DNA of 63,860 bases, counting the filler. It is 9 parts of 9 records of this genome, joined end to end, with 100 filler letters (N's around TTAATTAATTAA, not from the genome) between each part and the next. Parts side by side here need not be neighbours in the genome. Positions count along the whole stretch, not along the records: positions 45,863 to 52,217 come from SRR31156797_85707; positions 52,318 to 58,273 come from SRR31156797_85721; 7 more parts are not named here. One strand, given 5' to 3'. Each line of letters opens with the position of its first letter. The stretch's first letter is position 1. The notes below the pieces were generated by a model. That model had not been told where the DNA came from and did not search any database. It saw only the letters and a list, made by a program, of their open reading frames with translations. Shown piece by piece: positions 47,531-58,373 of this stretch. The position numbers and the translations under genes are program-made.

Positions 47531-48499
47531 ATGACACGTTGCAAGATTTGGTTGCCCTTTTGGTTGTTTTTCCTTTTCATCCCGTTTCCGCTTCAGGCTT
47601 CGGAAACGATTGTATCCTTAAAACCGGCCGCACACGTAAAAAATGACTCCGTTCGGTTGTCGGACATTGCAACTGTCCGCGGCTCTTCTACATCCCATTG
47701 CGACCTTTTACGCGATGTCGTGATTACCCGTTCTCCATTGCCGGGTCAGAAGCGATTCATCGGGTCGGATTTCATTCGCATCCGGCTCAGACAAGTCGGC
47801 ATCGATACGAGCACCATTCTTATTTCAGGTAGCGAGGACGTATCGGTCAGCCGGGAATCCCAAACCCTGTCTACCGAGGGAATCAGAAGGGAGATCGAAC
47901 AAGAGATAAGAAAACAAATGCCCTGGGATGACAAGGATGTCACGATCAAGAAACTTTCCCTGGACAATACCATTGTCTTGCCGTCGGGAAAGCTGTCCTA
48001 CAAAATCATACCCAATCGTAACGAAGATTATTTGGGACGTACTGTTTTTGCGCTTCACCTTTTCGTGGACGGAGAGATGGTAAAAAAAATATGGGTCAAT
48101 GCAACTATTTTCGTCTCAACGGAGGTTGTCACCGTCGTTCGTCCGCTGGGGCGGCACCAGCGTATTGATCCAAATGATATCATAATGCAGCGAAGGGACC
48201 TTGCCGAATTACCATCGGATACGATTCGGACTCTCGAAGATGCGTTGGGAAACCGAACGAAACGAATGATCTATCCCAACACTGTTTTGCAGGCCAACAT
48301 GATTGTAACGCCGCCGCTGGTGAAGCGGGGTGACCTCGTCAAAATTGTCGCCATTTCTGGGGCGATGACGATTACTGCATCCGGCCGACTCAAGCAACAG
48401 GGGCGTAAAGGAGAACTGGTGAAGGTGGTCAATACGGATTCAAATCGAATCATAACCGCAAGGGTTACAGGGCCCGGCAGTGTTGCCGTCGAATTTTGA
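47531..48499 (+). CDS. flgA: Flagellar P-ring formation chaperone FlgA
   Basis: Signal peptide, SAF-like domain, PPLVKRGDLV, N..SNRII.A; operon position. Confidence 0.9.
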   Translation: MTRCKIWLPFWLFFLFIPFPLQASETIVSLKPAAHVKNDSVRLSDIATVRGSSTSHCDLLRDVVITRSPLPGQKRFIGSDFIRIRLRQVGIDTSTILISGSEDVSVSRESQTLSTEGIRREIEQEIRKQMPWDDKDVTIKKLSLDNTIVLPSGKLSYKIIPNRNEDYLGRTVFALHLFVDGEMVKKIWVNATIFVSTEVVTVVRPLGRHQRIDPNDIIMQRRDLAELPSDTIRTLEDALGNRTKRMIYPNTVLQANMIVTPPLVKRGDLVKIVAISGAMTITASGRLKQQGRKGELVKVVNTDSNRIITARVTGPGSVAVEF

Positions 48500-48571
48500 C
48501 GCCCCTCGGGCCTTGATTTTCTTGTGGATCGACAACTTTTTTAACATTCAATCCGGGAAACAGGAAGTGTC

Positions 48572-49330
48572 ATGAAAAAGGAAAGAAAAATAGCGTATAA
48601 CGGATTGTTCCAAACGCTTCTGATAACGTTGTGGGTGGTGACGACGATCGGGTGCGCAGGGAACTATACCTCAATTCAATCGCCCAAGCAGTCCACACCA
48701 ATTGCTCCTGCCAGTATCAATCAGGCCCATGAACCGGCACAAAAGGCGATGATTTCAGATGCGACAGAGGATGGTTCCTTGTGGCGGGAGAGCGCACCGA
48801 TGCTGGTTCTTTTTTCCGACAGCAAAGCCAGAACCGTTGGTGACATTGTTACCATTAAAATTGCAGAATCTTCGGATGCAACCAACAAGGCAAGTACGGC
48901 GACGGATCGTGGTTCCTCGTTGAGTGCCAGTGTGGATGGATTTTTTAATCTGGAAAAGGATTATCCCGCCGATCATCCCTTCTTCAATCCTTTTTCCAAA
49001 GTTGCAGGCGGTCTGGAAAGCGAGTTTGAGGGCACCGGAACCACAAGGCGAAGCGGTGATTTGAACGCCTACATTACGGCATTGGTAACCCAGGTACTGC
49101 CAAACGGGAACCTTGTCGTCAGCGGTTCAAGAGAGGTGTTGATCAACGATGAGAATCAGGTCATCGAGTTGACGGGTGTCGTTCGACCCCGGGACATCAA
49201 TTCGAACAATCAAGTGCTTTCCACCTATGTCGCCGACGCAAGGATATCGTACAATGGTACCGGTGTCATCAACGACAGACAGCGTCCGGGCTGGTTGACC
49301 AATATCGTGATGAAGGTCTGGCCATTTTAA
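48572..49330 (+). CDS. flgH: Flagellar L-ring lipoprotein FlgH
   Basis: Lipobox IGC, GSLW, ARTVGDIVTI, LPNGNL, VADARISY, C-terminal WPF. Confidence 0.95.
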   Translation: MKKERKIAYNGLFQTLLITLWVVTTIGCAGNYTSIQSPKQSTPIAPASINQAHEPAQKAMISDATEDGSLWRESAPMLVLFSDSKARTVGDIVTIKIAESSDATNKASTATDRGSSLSASVDGFFNLEKDYPADHPFFNPFSKVAGGLESEFEGTGTTRRSGDLNAYITALVTQVLPNGNLVVSGSREVLINDENQVIELTGVVRPRDINSNNQVLSTYVADARISYNGTGVINDRQRPGWLTNIVMKVWPF

Positions 49331-49470
49331 CCATGGGATTGAAGAATAAACCTTGGGGCAGTGTTACCGGTTGTCGCGGTGTTTCGAATACTGCTCCCTT
49401 TGTCTTTGTCAAAAACGAACCACACTGTCTGGCGACGCCTGAACTACAGCGAATTCAGATTGGGGATGCT

Positions 49471-50577
49471 ATGAAAGTTAACACTTACTTTGTTCTATTT
49501 TTGGGGGTACTGCTTTGTCTGGCAGGGTCTGGCGTTGTCTCTGCGGCTCGCTTGAAAGATATCGCCGAAATCAATGGCGTCCGAAAAAATCAGTTGGTCG
49601 GATACGGCCTTGTGGTTGGATTGGACGGTACCGGCGATGGTAAAAAAGCTGCTTTCACTGTCCAGTCCATGACATCGATGCTCGAAAAGATGGGCGTCAC
49701 GATCAACAAAGACGATATTAAGGTCAAAAATGTCGCTGCCGTGATGGTAACGGCCGATCTTCTGCCTTTTGCAAAAAAAGGAAACAGGGTCGATGTCCTC
49801 GTCAGTTCCATTGGAGACGCCAGCAATCTTCAAGGCGGTACGTTGATGATGACACCACTAAAGGGAGTCGATGGAAACATCTATGCTGTTGCGCAGGGTC
49901 CTGTGAACACCGGTGGATTCGGTGCGGGCGGAACCTCATCGACGGTCGTGAAGAATTTTCCTACTGTAGGGCGGGTGTTGTCGGGGGCGACCATTGAAAG
50001 AGAAGTCCCCAATCAGTTCAACAAACGGGAAAAATTATTGTTTAGTTTGCACAACCCGGATTTCAAAACGGCTGCCGACATTGTTGAAACGGTTAACGCC
50101 CACTATTCAGCGCCTGTTGCGCGTGCAGAGGATGCCGGAACAATTGAAATATCAATACCCGAGCGATACATAGGAAATGCGGTCCCCTTTCTTGCATCAC
50201 TGAGCAGCCTTCAGGTGGAACCGGACAACGACGCCAAGGTTGTCATCAATGAACGCACAGGTACGGTTGTCATGGGACAGCAGGTTCGGATTTCGACAAT
50301 CGCTATCGCCCACGGCAATCTGAGCATTATTGTCAAGGAAAATGCCAACGTCTCCCAACCGTTGCCATTTTCAGACGGGAGAACAGCCGTTACCCCGGAT
50401 ACGCAGATTAATGTACAGGAAGATGCCAATCAACTCATGGTGGTGCCAAAAGGCGTTAACATCGGAGAGGTTGTCAATGCGTTGAACGCACTGGGTGTTA
50501 CCCCTCGAGACTTGATTGCCATTTTCCAGGCCATTAAAGCCGCGGGTGCACTGCAGGCAGACTTGGAGGTGATTTAA
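49471..50577 (+). CDS. flgI: Flagellar P-ring protein FlgI
   Basis: RLKDIAEINGVRKNQLVGYGLVVGLDGTGD, VINERTGTVV, AAGALQADL. Confidence 0.96.
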   Translation: MKVNTYFVLFLGVLLCLAGSGVVSAARLKDIAEINGVRKNQLVGYGLVVGLDGTGDGKKAAFTVQSMTSMLEKMGVTINKDDIKVKNVAAVMVTADLLPFAKKGNRVDVLVSSIGDASNLQGGTLMMTPLKGVDGNIYAVAQGPVNTGGFGAGGTSSTVVKNFPTVGRVLSGATIEREVPNQFNKREKLLFSLHNPDFKTAADIVETVNAHYSAPVARAEDAGTIEISIPERYIGNAVPFLASLSSLQVEPDNDAKVVINERTGTVVMGQQVRISTIAIAHGNLSIIVKENANVSQPLPFSDGRTAVTPDTQINVQEDANQLMVVPKGVNIGEVVNALNALGVTPRDLIAIFQAIKAAGALQADLEVI

Positions 50578-50909
50578 TGACCGATAACGCGTTAACACTA
50601 GATTCGCAGGTGTTTCAGATGAGGCAGTCCAATCTGGACCGTATTCTCACAAGAACCGTGTCCAAAAATACCACGGAAGAGCATACGCAAGAAGAGTTGA
50701 AAGAAGCGACGGAGCAGTTCGAAGGTTTGCTGCTAAATATGATGATTCGAGAGATGCGTGAAACGGTTCCTGAATCGGCGCTTTTTCCCGACTCCATGGC
50801 TGAGGAGATCTATACCGGGATGCTGGATGAAAAAATTTCCGATAATATGGCCAAAAGTGGAGGGATCGGAATCTCGCGAATGTTGTTCGATCAGCTAAAG
50901 GGAAACTGA
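50577..50909 (+). CDS. flgJ: Rod-binding FlgJ (short form, no muramidase domain)
   Basis: LKEATEQFEGLLLNMMIREMR...GGIGISRMLFDQL. Confidence 0.88.
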   Translation: MTDNALTLDSQVFQMRQSNLDRILTRTVSKNTTEEHTQEELKEATEQFEGLLLNMMIREMRETVPESALFPDSMAEEIYTGMLDEKISDNMAKSGGIGISRMLFDQLKGN

Positions 50910-50916
50910 TCCAATC

Positions 50917-50944
50917 TAAAGCTTTGAAATCCACCGACCGATAG
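50917..50944 (+). promoter_or_regulatory. Sigma28 (FliA) promoter upstream of flgN
   Basis: TAAAGCTT-N12-ACCGATAG versus consensus TAAAGTTT-N11-GCCGATAA. Confidence 0.7.
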
Positions 50945-50992
50945 TAAGAACAATCGGTCTGCTCACTCGTACCAACAGATGGGGATGATTTT

Positions 50993-51505
50993 ATGCAAAA
51001 GGCCATGGATGAATTGATAAGGACCCTTGATAAAGAGACGGAATACTATAACGACATGGACCATCTGCTTTCCGATGAAAAAGCGTCGATTTCCTTTTCT
51101 CGCAAGGATCGTCTGGAAAAAATACAGGTTTTAAAAGAAGATCTAGTGTTGAAGCTCCAACAACAGGAAAAAAAACGGATCTCTTTGGTCAATCGACTGG
51201 CAAGAGCCCATGGGAAAATGGAATTGCCCGTTACCGTAAGGCAGCTGGCCTCACTGATCGACGCTCCAGATGACGAAATGCTGATGAACAGAGCTGATCG
51301 GCTAAGGTCAGTCTTAGGTGCCGTTAAAGAAAAAAATCGGAAGAATCAACTATTGCTCAACCATTACCTGGACCTGATCAATAATTCGCTCACCTTGTTG
51401 ACGCAACACCTGGTGAGCAACTCGATTTATCAAAAAGCCGGTACATTCAAATCCTTTCCGGGATATGGGAGCGGTGGGGGCAGAATTATCCGGGGAACTG
51501 TGTAA
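50993..51505 (+). CDS. flgN: Flagellar export chaperone FlgN
   Basis: Helical 170-aa protein, ...N..NQLLL...L.L, YQKAG; directly precedes flgK. Confidence 0.85.
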   Translation: MQKAMDELIRTLDKETEYYNDMDHLLSDEKASISFSRKDRLEKIQVLKEDLVLKLQQQEKKRISLVNRLARAHGKMELPVTVRQLASLIDAPDDEMLMNRADRLRSVLGAVKEKNRKNQLLLNHYLDLINNSLTLLTQHLVSNSIYQKAGTFKSFPGYGSGGGRIIRGTV

Positions 51506-51518
51506 GAGGTCAATTACC

Positions 51519-52217
51519 ATGTCCAACACGATTTACGGCATGCTGAACACTGCAAAATCAGCATTGATAATCCAGCAAAAAGCGCTCGACGTCACTGCCA
51601 ACAACATTGCCAATGTCAATACCGAGGGGTATTCACGACAGCGGTTGTCCACGCAACAGAACGGCATCATCAATTACGAAGGCGGCACATTAAATTCCGG
51701 CGTTCAGACCACCAGTTCCATTCAGAGAATCTATGATCGATTTTTAACATCGCAGATATCTGACTCCGCCGCGCAAGGGGGGCGTTGGGAGGCCCAGCAA
51801 GAGACCCTTGAAAAAGCCGAATTGATGTTTGACGATGCGTCCGGTTACGGGCTGAACAGCGCTATGGCCGAATTTTTCACTTCCTGGCAGGAAGTGGCCA
51901 ACAATCCTTCGGGGTTCACCGAGCGTGCCACACTGCTGGCCGATGCCCAGAGCATGACAGAGGTGTTCAACAAACTGGATGGGGATTTGAACCAGGTCCA
52001 GTCGGATAGCGATTCAAGCATCATCGGAACCGTGGAGGACATTAATGCGTTGACAGATGAAATTTCCGATCTCAACCTGAAAATTGCCGAAGTGGAGAGC
52101 GGTAGTGAGCATATTGCCAATGAATTTCGAGATCATCGCGATATGAAGCTTCAAGAGCTGTCCGAATTGATCGATGTCAGCAGTTTTGAAGATGATAACG
52201 GTTATCTGACCATTGCG
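51519..52217 (+). CDS. flgK: Flagellar hook-associated protein FlgK, 3' truncated
   Basis: LDVTANNIANVNTEGYSRQ, IQRIYDRFL, FFTSWQEVANNP, RDHRD..LQELS. Confidence 0.94.
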
Positions 52218-52317
52218 NNNNNNNNNNNNNNNNNNNNNNNNNNNNNNNNNNNNNNNNNNNNTTAATTAATTAANNNNNNNNNNNNNNNNNNNNNNNNNNN
52301 NNNNNNNNNNNNNNNNN
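52218..52317. other. Artificial contig spacer
   Basis: N44-TTAATTAATTAA-N44. Confidence 0.99.
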
Positions 52318-52917
52318 CAATGATTGCTCGGAAATCAATCTGAATTTTTCTTCACTCTCCCGCAGGCCCACCTCCGCCTGCTTGCGCTCGGAAATATCGT
52401 AATGTTGAAGCACCACATATTGCACATCACCTTGACTGTTCAGAACCGGATATCCAAAGACTTCAAGGAATATTTTTCCTGCTCTCGACGTGGGCGTCCC
52501 GGTTGAAACCGAGGCCAGGTCAATATCAAAAATTATCTCCCAATTTTCAGTCTTCTTTCCATGGAATATCGCTCTCAACAATGGGATAACCCCGGCATCA
52601 ATGGTCGCCTGATCTTTAAACACATTATAACCTGCTTGAATAATATCTTTTTCTTCAACGCCGAACATTTTGCAGAACTCTTTGTTAACGCGATGAATGG
52701 TTCCATCCGGGTTATAAAGACTCGTACTTGTGGTTGATTGTTCAAACATTTGTGAAAATAAAAGCTCGCTCTCCCTCAATGCCTTCTGAGCCAGTCTATG
52801 TTCGGAGAGGTCTTTGTCCGTCCCGCTGACCAACAGCGCCCGTTTGTACTCAAAGGCCTCACCTTCTAATTCATGGACCCTTTGTTCCAATTCTTCATAG
52901 GTGGGTTTGGCCGACAT
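52318..52917 (-). CDS. PAS-domain sensor protein (probable histidine kinase), 3' truncated
   Basis: KPTYEELEQRVHELE, ALRESE..F..MFE, VNKEFCKMFG, DISERKQAE..LRESEEKFR. Confidence 0.85.
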
Positions 52918-53355
52918 AAATGCTTTCCCTTTTTAAAATAAGATGGTTATGGTTTGTCTGAAGCTACAGCATGTTTGCAAAAGTGCATGGGCAGATCACA
53001 ACAAGGCAGAGTCTAGATTGGGACGAAAATAGCTGAGGATATCTGAGAAATCAAACCAATATGTGCCTTGTCTTTCCGTCTCACATCAAGGGCATATTGT
53101 CAAGGCCGGCGCATCTACTATTTTCGTTTTTCTTGAAATATCAAACGGATGCTTCATATAAAAATTGTGTCGCCATACGGAGATAATATTCTTATGGATC
53201 CTCTACATATGGAAAAAGGATTACCGGATTAATGTGGTAAAGTTTTCAGTTGATGAACCGATGGCATTCCCATATTATGGTCCGATACGCGGCGGTTGCC
53301 ATAAACCACCATCTTGTTTTGACGATGACTTTTTCCATAGCGGGGGAAAACCGGA

Positions 53356-54135
53356 ATGCCCAAACAGATTGACCTCAATTCAGATGTGGGGGAAAGCTTC
53401 GGCGCCTACAAAATCGGCCTTGACGAGGCGGTGATCCCCCTCATCAGTTCCGCCAATATCGCGTGCGGATTCCATGGGGGCGATCCATTGGTCATGACCC
53501 GGACGGTCTCCCTGGCAGCGGAAAACGGCGTGGGACTCGGCGCCCATCCGGGCCTGCCGGATCTCATGGGATTCGGCAGGAGGGTCATGGATGTGAGCCT
53601 GGAAGAAATCAGGCAGTATGTGACCTACCAGGTGGGGGCGCTCCAGGCCTTTGCAGCGCAAAGGGGATTGCCCCTTCAACATGTAAAACCCCACGGCGCC
53701 CTTTACAACATGGCTGTCCGGGACACGGAGATCTCCGACGCCATCGCCCAAGTGATCTCAAGACTGGATGACAACCTCATACTGGTGGTTTTGGCCGGGC
53801 CCGACCGGGATGAACTGAGAACCATTTCAATACGCCATTCCATCCGCATGGCATTTGAATTTTTTGCAGACCGTGCCTATAACCCCGACGGGTCACTGGT
53901 AAACCGCAAGCTGCCGGGGGCCGTGCTCCATGATGACCGGGCAGTGGCTGAAAGGGTGATCAAACTGGTCAACCATGGCAGCGTCACGGCAGTTGACGGC
54001 ACCGAAATAGAAATTAAGGCGGACACCATCTGTGTTCACGGCGACAATCCCGAAGCCCTGGCCCTGGTGAAAAACATCCGGGCATCCCTCGCGGATTCCG
54101 GAATAAGGGTTCGTCCCATGGGCGCCTTTATATGA
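53356..54135 (+). CDS. pxpA: 5-oxoprolinase subunit A (LamB/YcsF)
   Basis: IDLNSDVGESFG, SANIACGFH, HVKPHGALYN, FADRAY, TICVHGD. Confidence 0.95.
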   Translation: MPKQIDLNSDVGESFGAYKIGLDEAVIPLISSANIACGFHGGDPLVMTRTVSLAAENGVGLGAHPGLPDLMGFGRRVMDVSLEEIRQYVTYQVGALQAFAAQRGLPLQHVKPHGALYNMAVRDTEISDAIAQVISRLDDNLILVVLAGPDRDELRTISIRHSIRMAFEFFADRAYNPDGSLVNRKLPGAVLHDDRAVAERVIKLVNHGSVTAVDGTEIEIKADTICVHGDNPEALALVKNIRASLADSGIRVRPMGAFI

Positions 54136-54151
54136 GGCAAGGAACTCCATA

Positions 54152-54838
54152 ATGTTGTATGAAAAGCCCGTATACCGCCCCATGGGGGACCGTTCGCTGC
54201 TGGTGGAGTTGGGCAATGAGATCAACAGGGACGTCCATGAAAGGGTGCGCAGGCTTTTTTTGGCCGTCAAACAGGCTTCCCTGGAAACCCTCCTGGATGC
54301 GGTTCCGGGGTATTGCTCACTCCTCCTGGTTTTTGACCCCATCACCACCACATCAGACCAAATACGAAAAACCATCGACGATCTGCTCCATCACCTGGAT
54401 GAATTTGAACTCCCCGAACCGGCAAACATTAAAATACCGGTGGTGTACGGTGGTGAATACGGCCCGGACCTTCAATGGGTGGCGGAATACCACAAAACCA
54501 CCCCTGAAGATGTCATTTTGCGGCACATACAAAACGGCTACCATGTGTACATGATCGGATTTATCCCAGGGTTTTCCTATATGGGGGAACTCCCTGAAAA
54601 CCTGGAAACACCGCGTAAGAAAACCCCTCGAACAGCGGTACCCCGGGGTTCGGTGGGTCTGGCCCAGAAACAGACCGGCATTTATCCCGCCCGAAGCCCC
54701 GGGGGATGGCAGATCATCGGGCGTACGCCTCTTGATCTATTTGATCCCTTAAAAAATCCCCCAAGCCTCCTTAAAATGGGAGATCGGGTGCGATTCTTTC
54801 AAATAACCGAGGAGGAAATGAGCCTTTGGCAACGGTAA
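54152..54838 (+). CDS. pxpB: 5-oxoprolinase subunit B
   Basis: IPVVYGGEYGPDL, GFIPGFSY, GSVG, GIYP..SPGGWQIIGRT. Confidence 0.95.
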   Translation: MLYEKPVYRPMGDRSLLVELGNEINRDVHERVRRLFLAVKQASLETLLDAVPGYCSLLLVFDPITTTSDQIRKTIDDLLHHLDEFELPEPANIKIPVVYGGEYGPDLQWVAEYHKTTPEDVILRHIQNGYHVYMIGFIPGFSYMGELPENLETPRKKTPRTAVPRGSVGLAQKQTGIYPARSPGGWQIIGRTPLDLFDPLKNPPSLLKMGDRVRFFQITEEEMSLWQR

Positions 54839-55782
54839 AAGTCCTTGAGGTCGCATCCCCCGGTTCCCTGACCACCCTTCAGGACCTGGGTCGCTTCGGT
54901 TTCGGCCAATACGGGGTCGCTCAGAGCGGCGCGGTGGATTCATTTTCCCTGAGGGTGGGTAATCGCCTGGTGGGGAACGGGGAGGATGAAGCGGGCCTTG
55001 AAATGACCCTTGCAGGGCCTGCCCTCATGGCCCTGAGGGAAATCGCCATCGCCGTTACGGGCGCCCACATTCAGCCCCGAATCAACAATATTCCCATCCC
55101 CATGTGGTGTTCCCTGGTAATGCAAAAAGGGGAACGTCTTTCCTTTAAAGGGATCAGGAGCGGTCTGAGGGCATACCTGGCGGTTGGGGGCGGCATCAAC
55201 GCAGAAATGATACTGGAAAGCAGATCCACCAACCTGGGCGCCCGTTTCGGGGGTCTTTCAGGCAGGCCGCTCATGAAAGGCGATATCCTTTCAGCCCATA
55301 CCCCTCACCTGGAAACCGAAGGGACCGCCTTGCCCCTTCAATCCATTCCGACCCATACCCCGGAGACAACCCTGCGGGTCATTTTAGGACCCCACCATGA
55401 TCATTTCGACCCCGAAATGTTGTCCGCATTTCAGCAGACCGCCTATGGCGTCACGGAGCGGTTGGATCGAACCGGCATCCGGCTGCAGGGGCCGCCCGTA
55501 AAGGAAAAAGCAGGCCTCAAAAAATCGATCATTTCGGAAGGGGTGGTGTCCGGGGCCATACAAATCCCGGGCGACGGTCAACCCATTATCATCCTGGCCG
55601 AAACCGTCACGGGGGGATACCGAAAAATCGCCACGGTCATCTCCGCGGACCTTCATCGGCTGGGACAGTTAAGACCGAAAAACAAAGTGAGGTTTTTGGC
55701 CGTTTCCCAGAATGAGGCCCGAATCGCCCTTGGGGAGATGGAGACAATCATTAAGAGCATTAGGGCAAACCGGGATCATTGA
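54826..55782 (+). CDS. pxpC: 5-oxoprolinase subunit C
   Basis: TTLQDLGRFG, GLRAYLAVGGG, DRTGIRL, GAIQIPGDGQPII, TGGY; TTG start. Confidence 0.93.
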   Translation: MATVKVLEVASPGSLTTLQDLGRFGFGQYGVAQSGAVDSFSLRVGNRLVGNGEDEAGLEMTLAGPALMALREIAIAVTGAHIQPRINNIPIPMWCSLVMQKGERLSFKGIRSGLRAYLAVGGGINAEMILESRSTNLGARFGGLSGRPLMKGDILSAHTPHLETEGTALPLQSIPTHTPETTLRVILGPHHDHFDPEMLSAFQQTAYGVTERLDRTGIRLQGPPVKEKAGLKKSIISEGVVSGAIQIPGDGQPIIILAETVTGGYRKIATVISADLHRLGQLRPKNKVRFLAVSQNEARIALGEMETIIKSIRANRDH

Positions 55783-55861
55783 TATACCCTGGAATAAGCA
55801 TAAGAGAGGAAGAAGCACCGGAGGTCTCAGCATCACAGCCACATACCCAATGGACCCTTTT

Positions 55862-57970
55862 CTATGCCACCTTGAACCGGGACACGCCATCCTGGAGCCC
55901 CTTCGCCGCATCGGTCAACTGCTGAATGGCATCGTAGGTTTCACGGAAAGATTCCAGGGTCTCCTGCAGCTCCTCTTTGAGGTTTGTCATGGAACCGCTG
56001 ATGGACAGGGCATCATCGGACTGGCTCCCCACAGCCGTATTGATCTCCTCAAACCGGGGCGAAATGGTCTGAACCCGTTCAATAATTTCCGCCAGCTGAC
56101 CACTGATTTTCCCCACATCTTCAGCGCTCCCTTTCACTTCGGATACGAACTTATCCATCTCCATCACACCCGCTGACACGGCGGATTGCATTCCCTGCAC
56201 CATCTGCTCAATATCCAGAGTGGCCACAGCGGTCTGATCCGCCAGCCTGCGAATTTCCCTCGCCACCACATTGAACCCCCTTCCGTATTCTCCGGCCTTT
56301 TCCGCTTCAATGGCGGCATTCAGGGAGAGAAGATTCGTCTGATCGGCCACCTTGGTGATGGTATCCACCACATGGGTGACATTTTCAGCCTTTTCGTTGA
56401 TGGACTCAAGATGGCTGGATATGGATCTGGAGGCATCTTCCATGCGGAGCATGGCCCCTTTCATACCGGCCAGATCAGTCTGACTCCTGCTGGCAAATCC
56501 GGTGGTCTCATCGGATGCGGCAACCACCTGCTCCACGGTTTCCACAAGCTGAGCGGCCACCCGGCTTATTCCCGTCACCGACTTGACCACCTTGTCGGTT
56601 GAGAGCACCTGATGGCTCATGGTGGCCTCCTGCTCCTTGGCCGCGGCAGCCAGTTCGTTGGACGAAGAGGCCACCTGAACACCCGATCTTTGGACCTGGC
56701 CGATGAGGGAATTGAGATTCCGTATCATGGAGTCCAGGGCGGAGAGAAGACGACCGGTCTCGTCATCGGTTTCCACCGGCACCTGGAGTGTAAAATCCCC
56801 CTTGGACACCTTACGCGCGATGTTCACGGCCTCGGTTATGGGACTGCTGATCTTCTTCGCCAGCCATAACAGCACAAGGAAAGTTGCCAGCAGCCCCGCA
56901 CACGAAATGAGAAGAGTTTGAAGCAGGGTCTCCCTGATGGGGCTGACAATCTCATGTTCCGAAACACGCATGACAATGGTCCAATCGCCCGTATCAATCC
57001 TGGCCCCGGAGAAAATATCAATATGATCGTGCAACGGATCCATGGCACGGATGAGCAGCGGCGGACCGGTATGGGTGTAGAACCGCTCCAGGATCCCTGC
57101 GTAGTCGGTCTCTTTGAGATTTCGGGTCATCATCCGTTTAAGGGTTCTCGAATCCACATCCCCGGCTTCTTCCCTCCCCTCGGAACGGAGCCGGGCAATG
57201 GTTTCTTGGGAAACCAGCGGCATGGTGGAAGAAATAATCCTCCCCTTTCGACTGAGCAGTACAAATGCCGCTGATTTGTAGGGTTTGAACCCCTCCAGAT
57301 ATGCGTGAATGTTGGTCAAGGCCCGATCGACGCCGGCGATACCCACAAACTTGCCGTCGATCTTAATGGGAAAGGTCTGCTCCACGATCATCTTACCCTC
57401 GTATAAATAGGGTTCCGTGATCATATATTTTTCGGGGTTTTCGGAAAGGAACCTGTCCTTACATCCCTGATAATAAAGGCTGGTTTCCATGTCGATGAGG
57501 GGATTCAGTTTGATCTTTCCTCCTCCGCCCTCTTCCACAAACCAGTAGGGTAGAAACCGCCCCTCACTGTCCAAACCTTTTTTCGTATCCCCGGCCTTCT
57601 TCAGAAAGGCTCTGTCGTTCTGGTCCGCATTGGGCTCATAGCCGAAATAGGCCCCGGTAAATCTCGGGTAGGTCAACAGGATACTTCGGGCATATCGGGT
57701 GGAAGCCTCCCGGTTTCCGAACAGACCGTTTTCCTGGGCCAGCGCCATGGCCTTGGCCACGGATACGGCCTCCAGATTCTGCTCCTCGATCTTATTGGCG
57801 ATTTCCCGGGTGTGGGCCTTGATGAGCTGATCATTTTCGTGAATCAGGGTTCGGTACATGCCCCGGGAAAAGGCCGCAACGATAAAGAGCACCACCAGGG
57901 TGACGGTTATACCGAAATAGAAAATCAGCCTTCCCTTGATGCTGACGGGCAAGACGCTTCTCTTCTTCAT
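55862..57970 (-). CDS. Methyl-accepting chemotaxis protein (dCache sensor, HAMP)
   Basis: TM-Cache (YMITEPY, IAGVD)-TM-HAMP; ADQTNLLSLNAAIEAEKAGEYGRGF.VVA.EIRRLA. Confidence 0.95.
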   Translation of the reverse strand: MKKRSVLPVSIKGRLIFYFGITVTLVVLFIVAAFSRGMYRTLIHENDQLIKAHTREIANKIEEQNLEAVSVAKAMALAQENGLFGNREASTRYARSILLTYPRFTGAYFGYEPNADQNDRAFLKKAGDTKKGLDSEGRFLPYWFVEEGGGGKIKLNPLIDMETSLYYQGCKDRFLSENPEKYMITEPYLYEGKMIVEQTFPIKIDGKFVGIAGVDRALTNIHAYLEGFKPYKSAAFVLLSRKGRIISSTMPLVSQETIARLRSEGREEAGDVDSRTLKRMMTRNLKETDYAGILERFYTHTGPPLLIRAMDPLHDHIDIFSGARIDTGDWTIVMRVSEHEIVSPIRETLLQTLLISCAGLLATFLVLLWLAKKISSPITEAVNIARKVSKGDFTLQVPVETDDETGRLLSALDSMIRNLNSLIGQVQRSGVQVASSSNELAAAAKEQEATMSHQVLSTDKVVKSVTGISRVAAQLVETVEQVVAASDETTGFASRSQTDLAGMKGAMLRMEDASRSISSHLESINEKAENVTHVVDTITKVADQTNLLSLNAAIEAEKAGEYGRGFNVVAREIRRLADQTAVATLDIEQMVQGMQSAVSAGVMEMDKFVSEVKGSAEDVGKISGQLAEIIERVQTISPRFEEINTAVGSQSDDALSISGSMTNLKEELQETLESFRETYDAIQQLTDAAKGLQDGVSRFKVA

Positions 57971-58273
57971 AATCCACCTCCCGAAACGGTTCCGTCCGGA
58001 CAGTTCGCTGTTTATGGGCTTGAAATGGGACAGGCAACTATCATTCTCTCAGATTTACCCGATTCAATACTTTAATGCAATACACAATTATCTTCCACAA
58101 CTGGGGTGCCTAGGACATAAGGTTACGATTTTTTCCTGAAAAAATGACGCGATTTCCGAATGGATTTGAGGACCTCCCTGATCGGGAAATGCGATCAAAA
58201 TTCCTAACTCAACTTACCGGGTTGACCTAAGTTGTTGAATATAAATTGGTATTTAGCGATATCCGCCTGCTTG

Positions 58274-58373
58274 NNNNNNNNNNNNNNNNNNNNNNNNNNN
58301 NNNNNNNNNNNNNNNNNTTAATTAATTAANNNNNNNNNNNNNNNNNNNNNNNNNNNNNNNNNNNNNNNNNNNN
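58274..58373. other. Artificial contig spacer
   Basis: N44-TTAATTAATTAA-N44. Confidence 0.99.
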
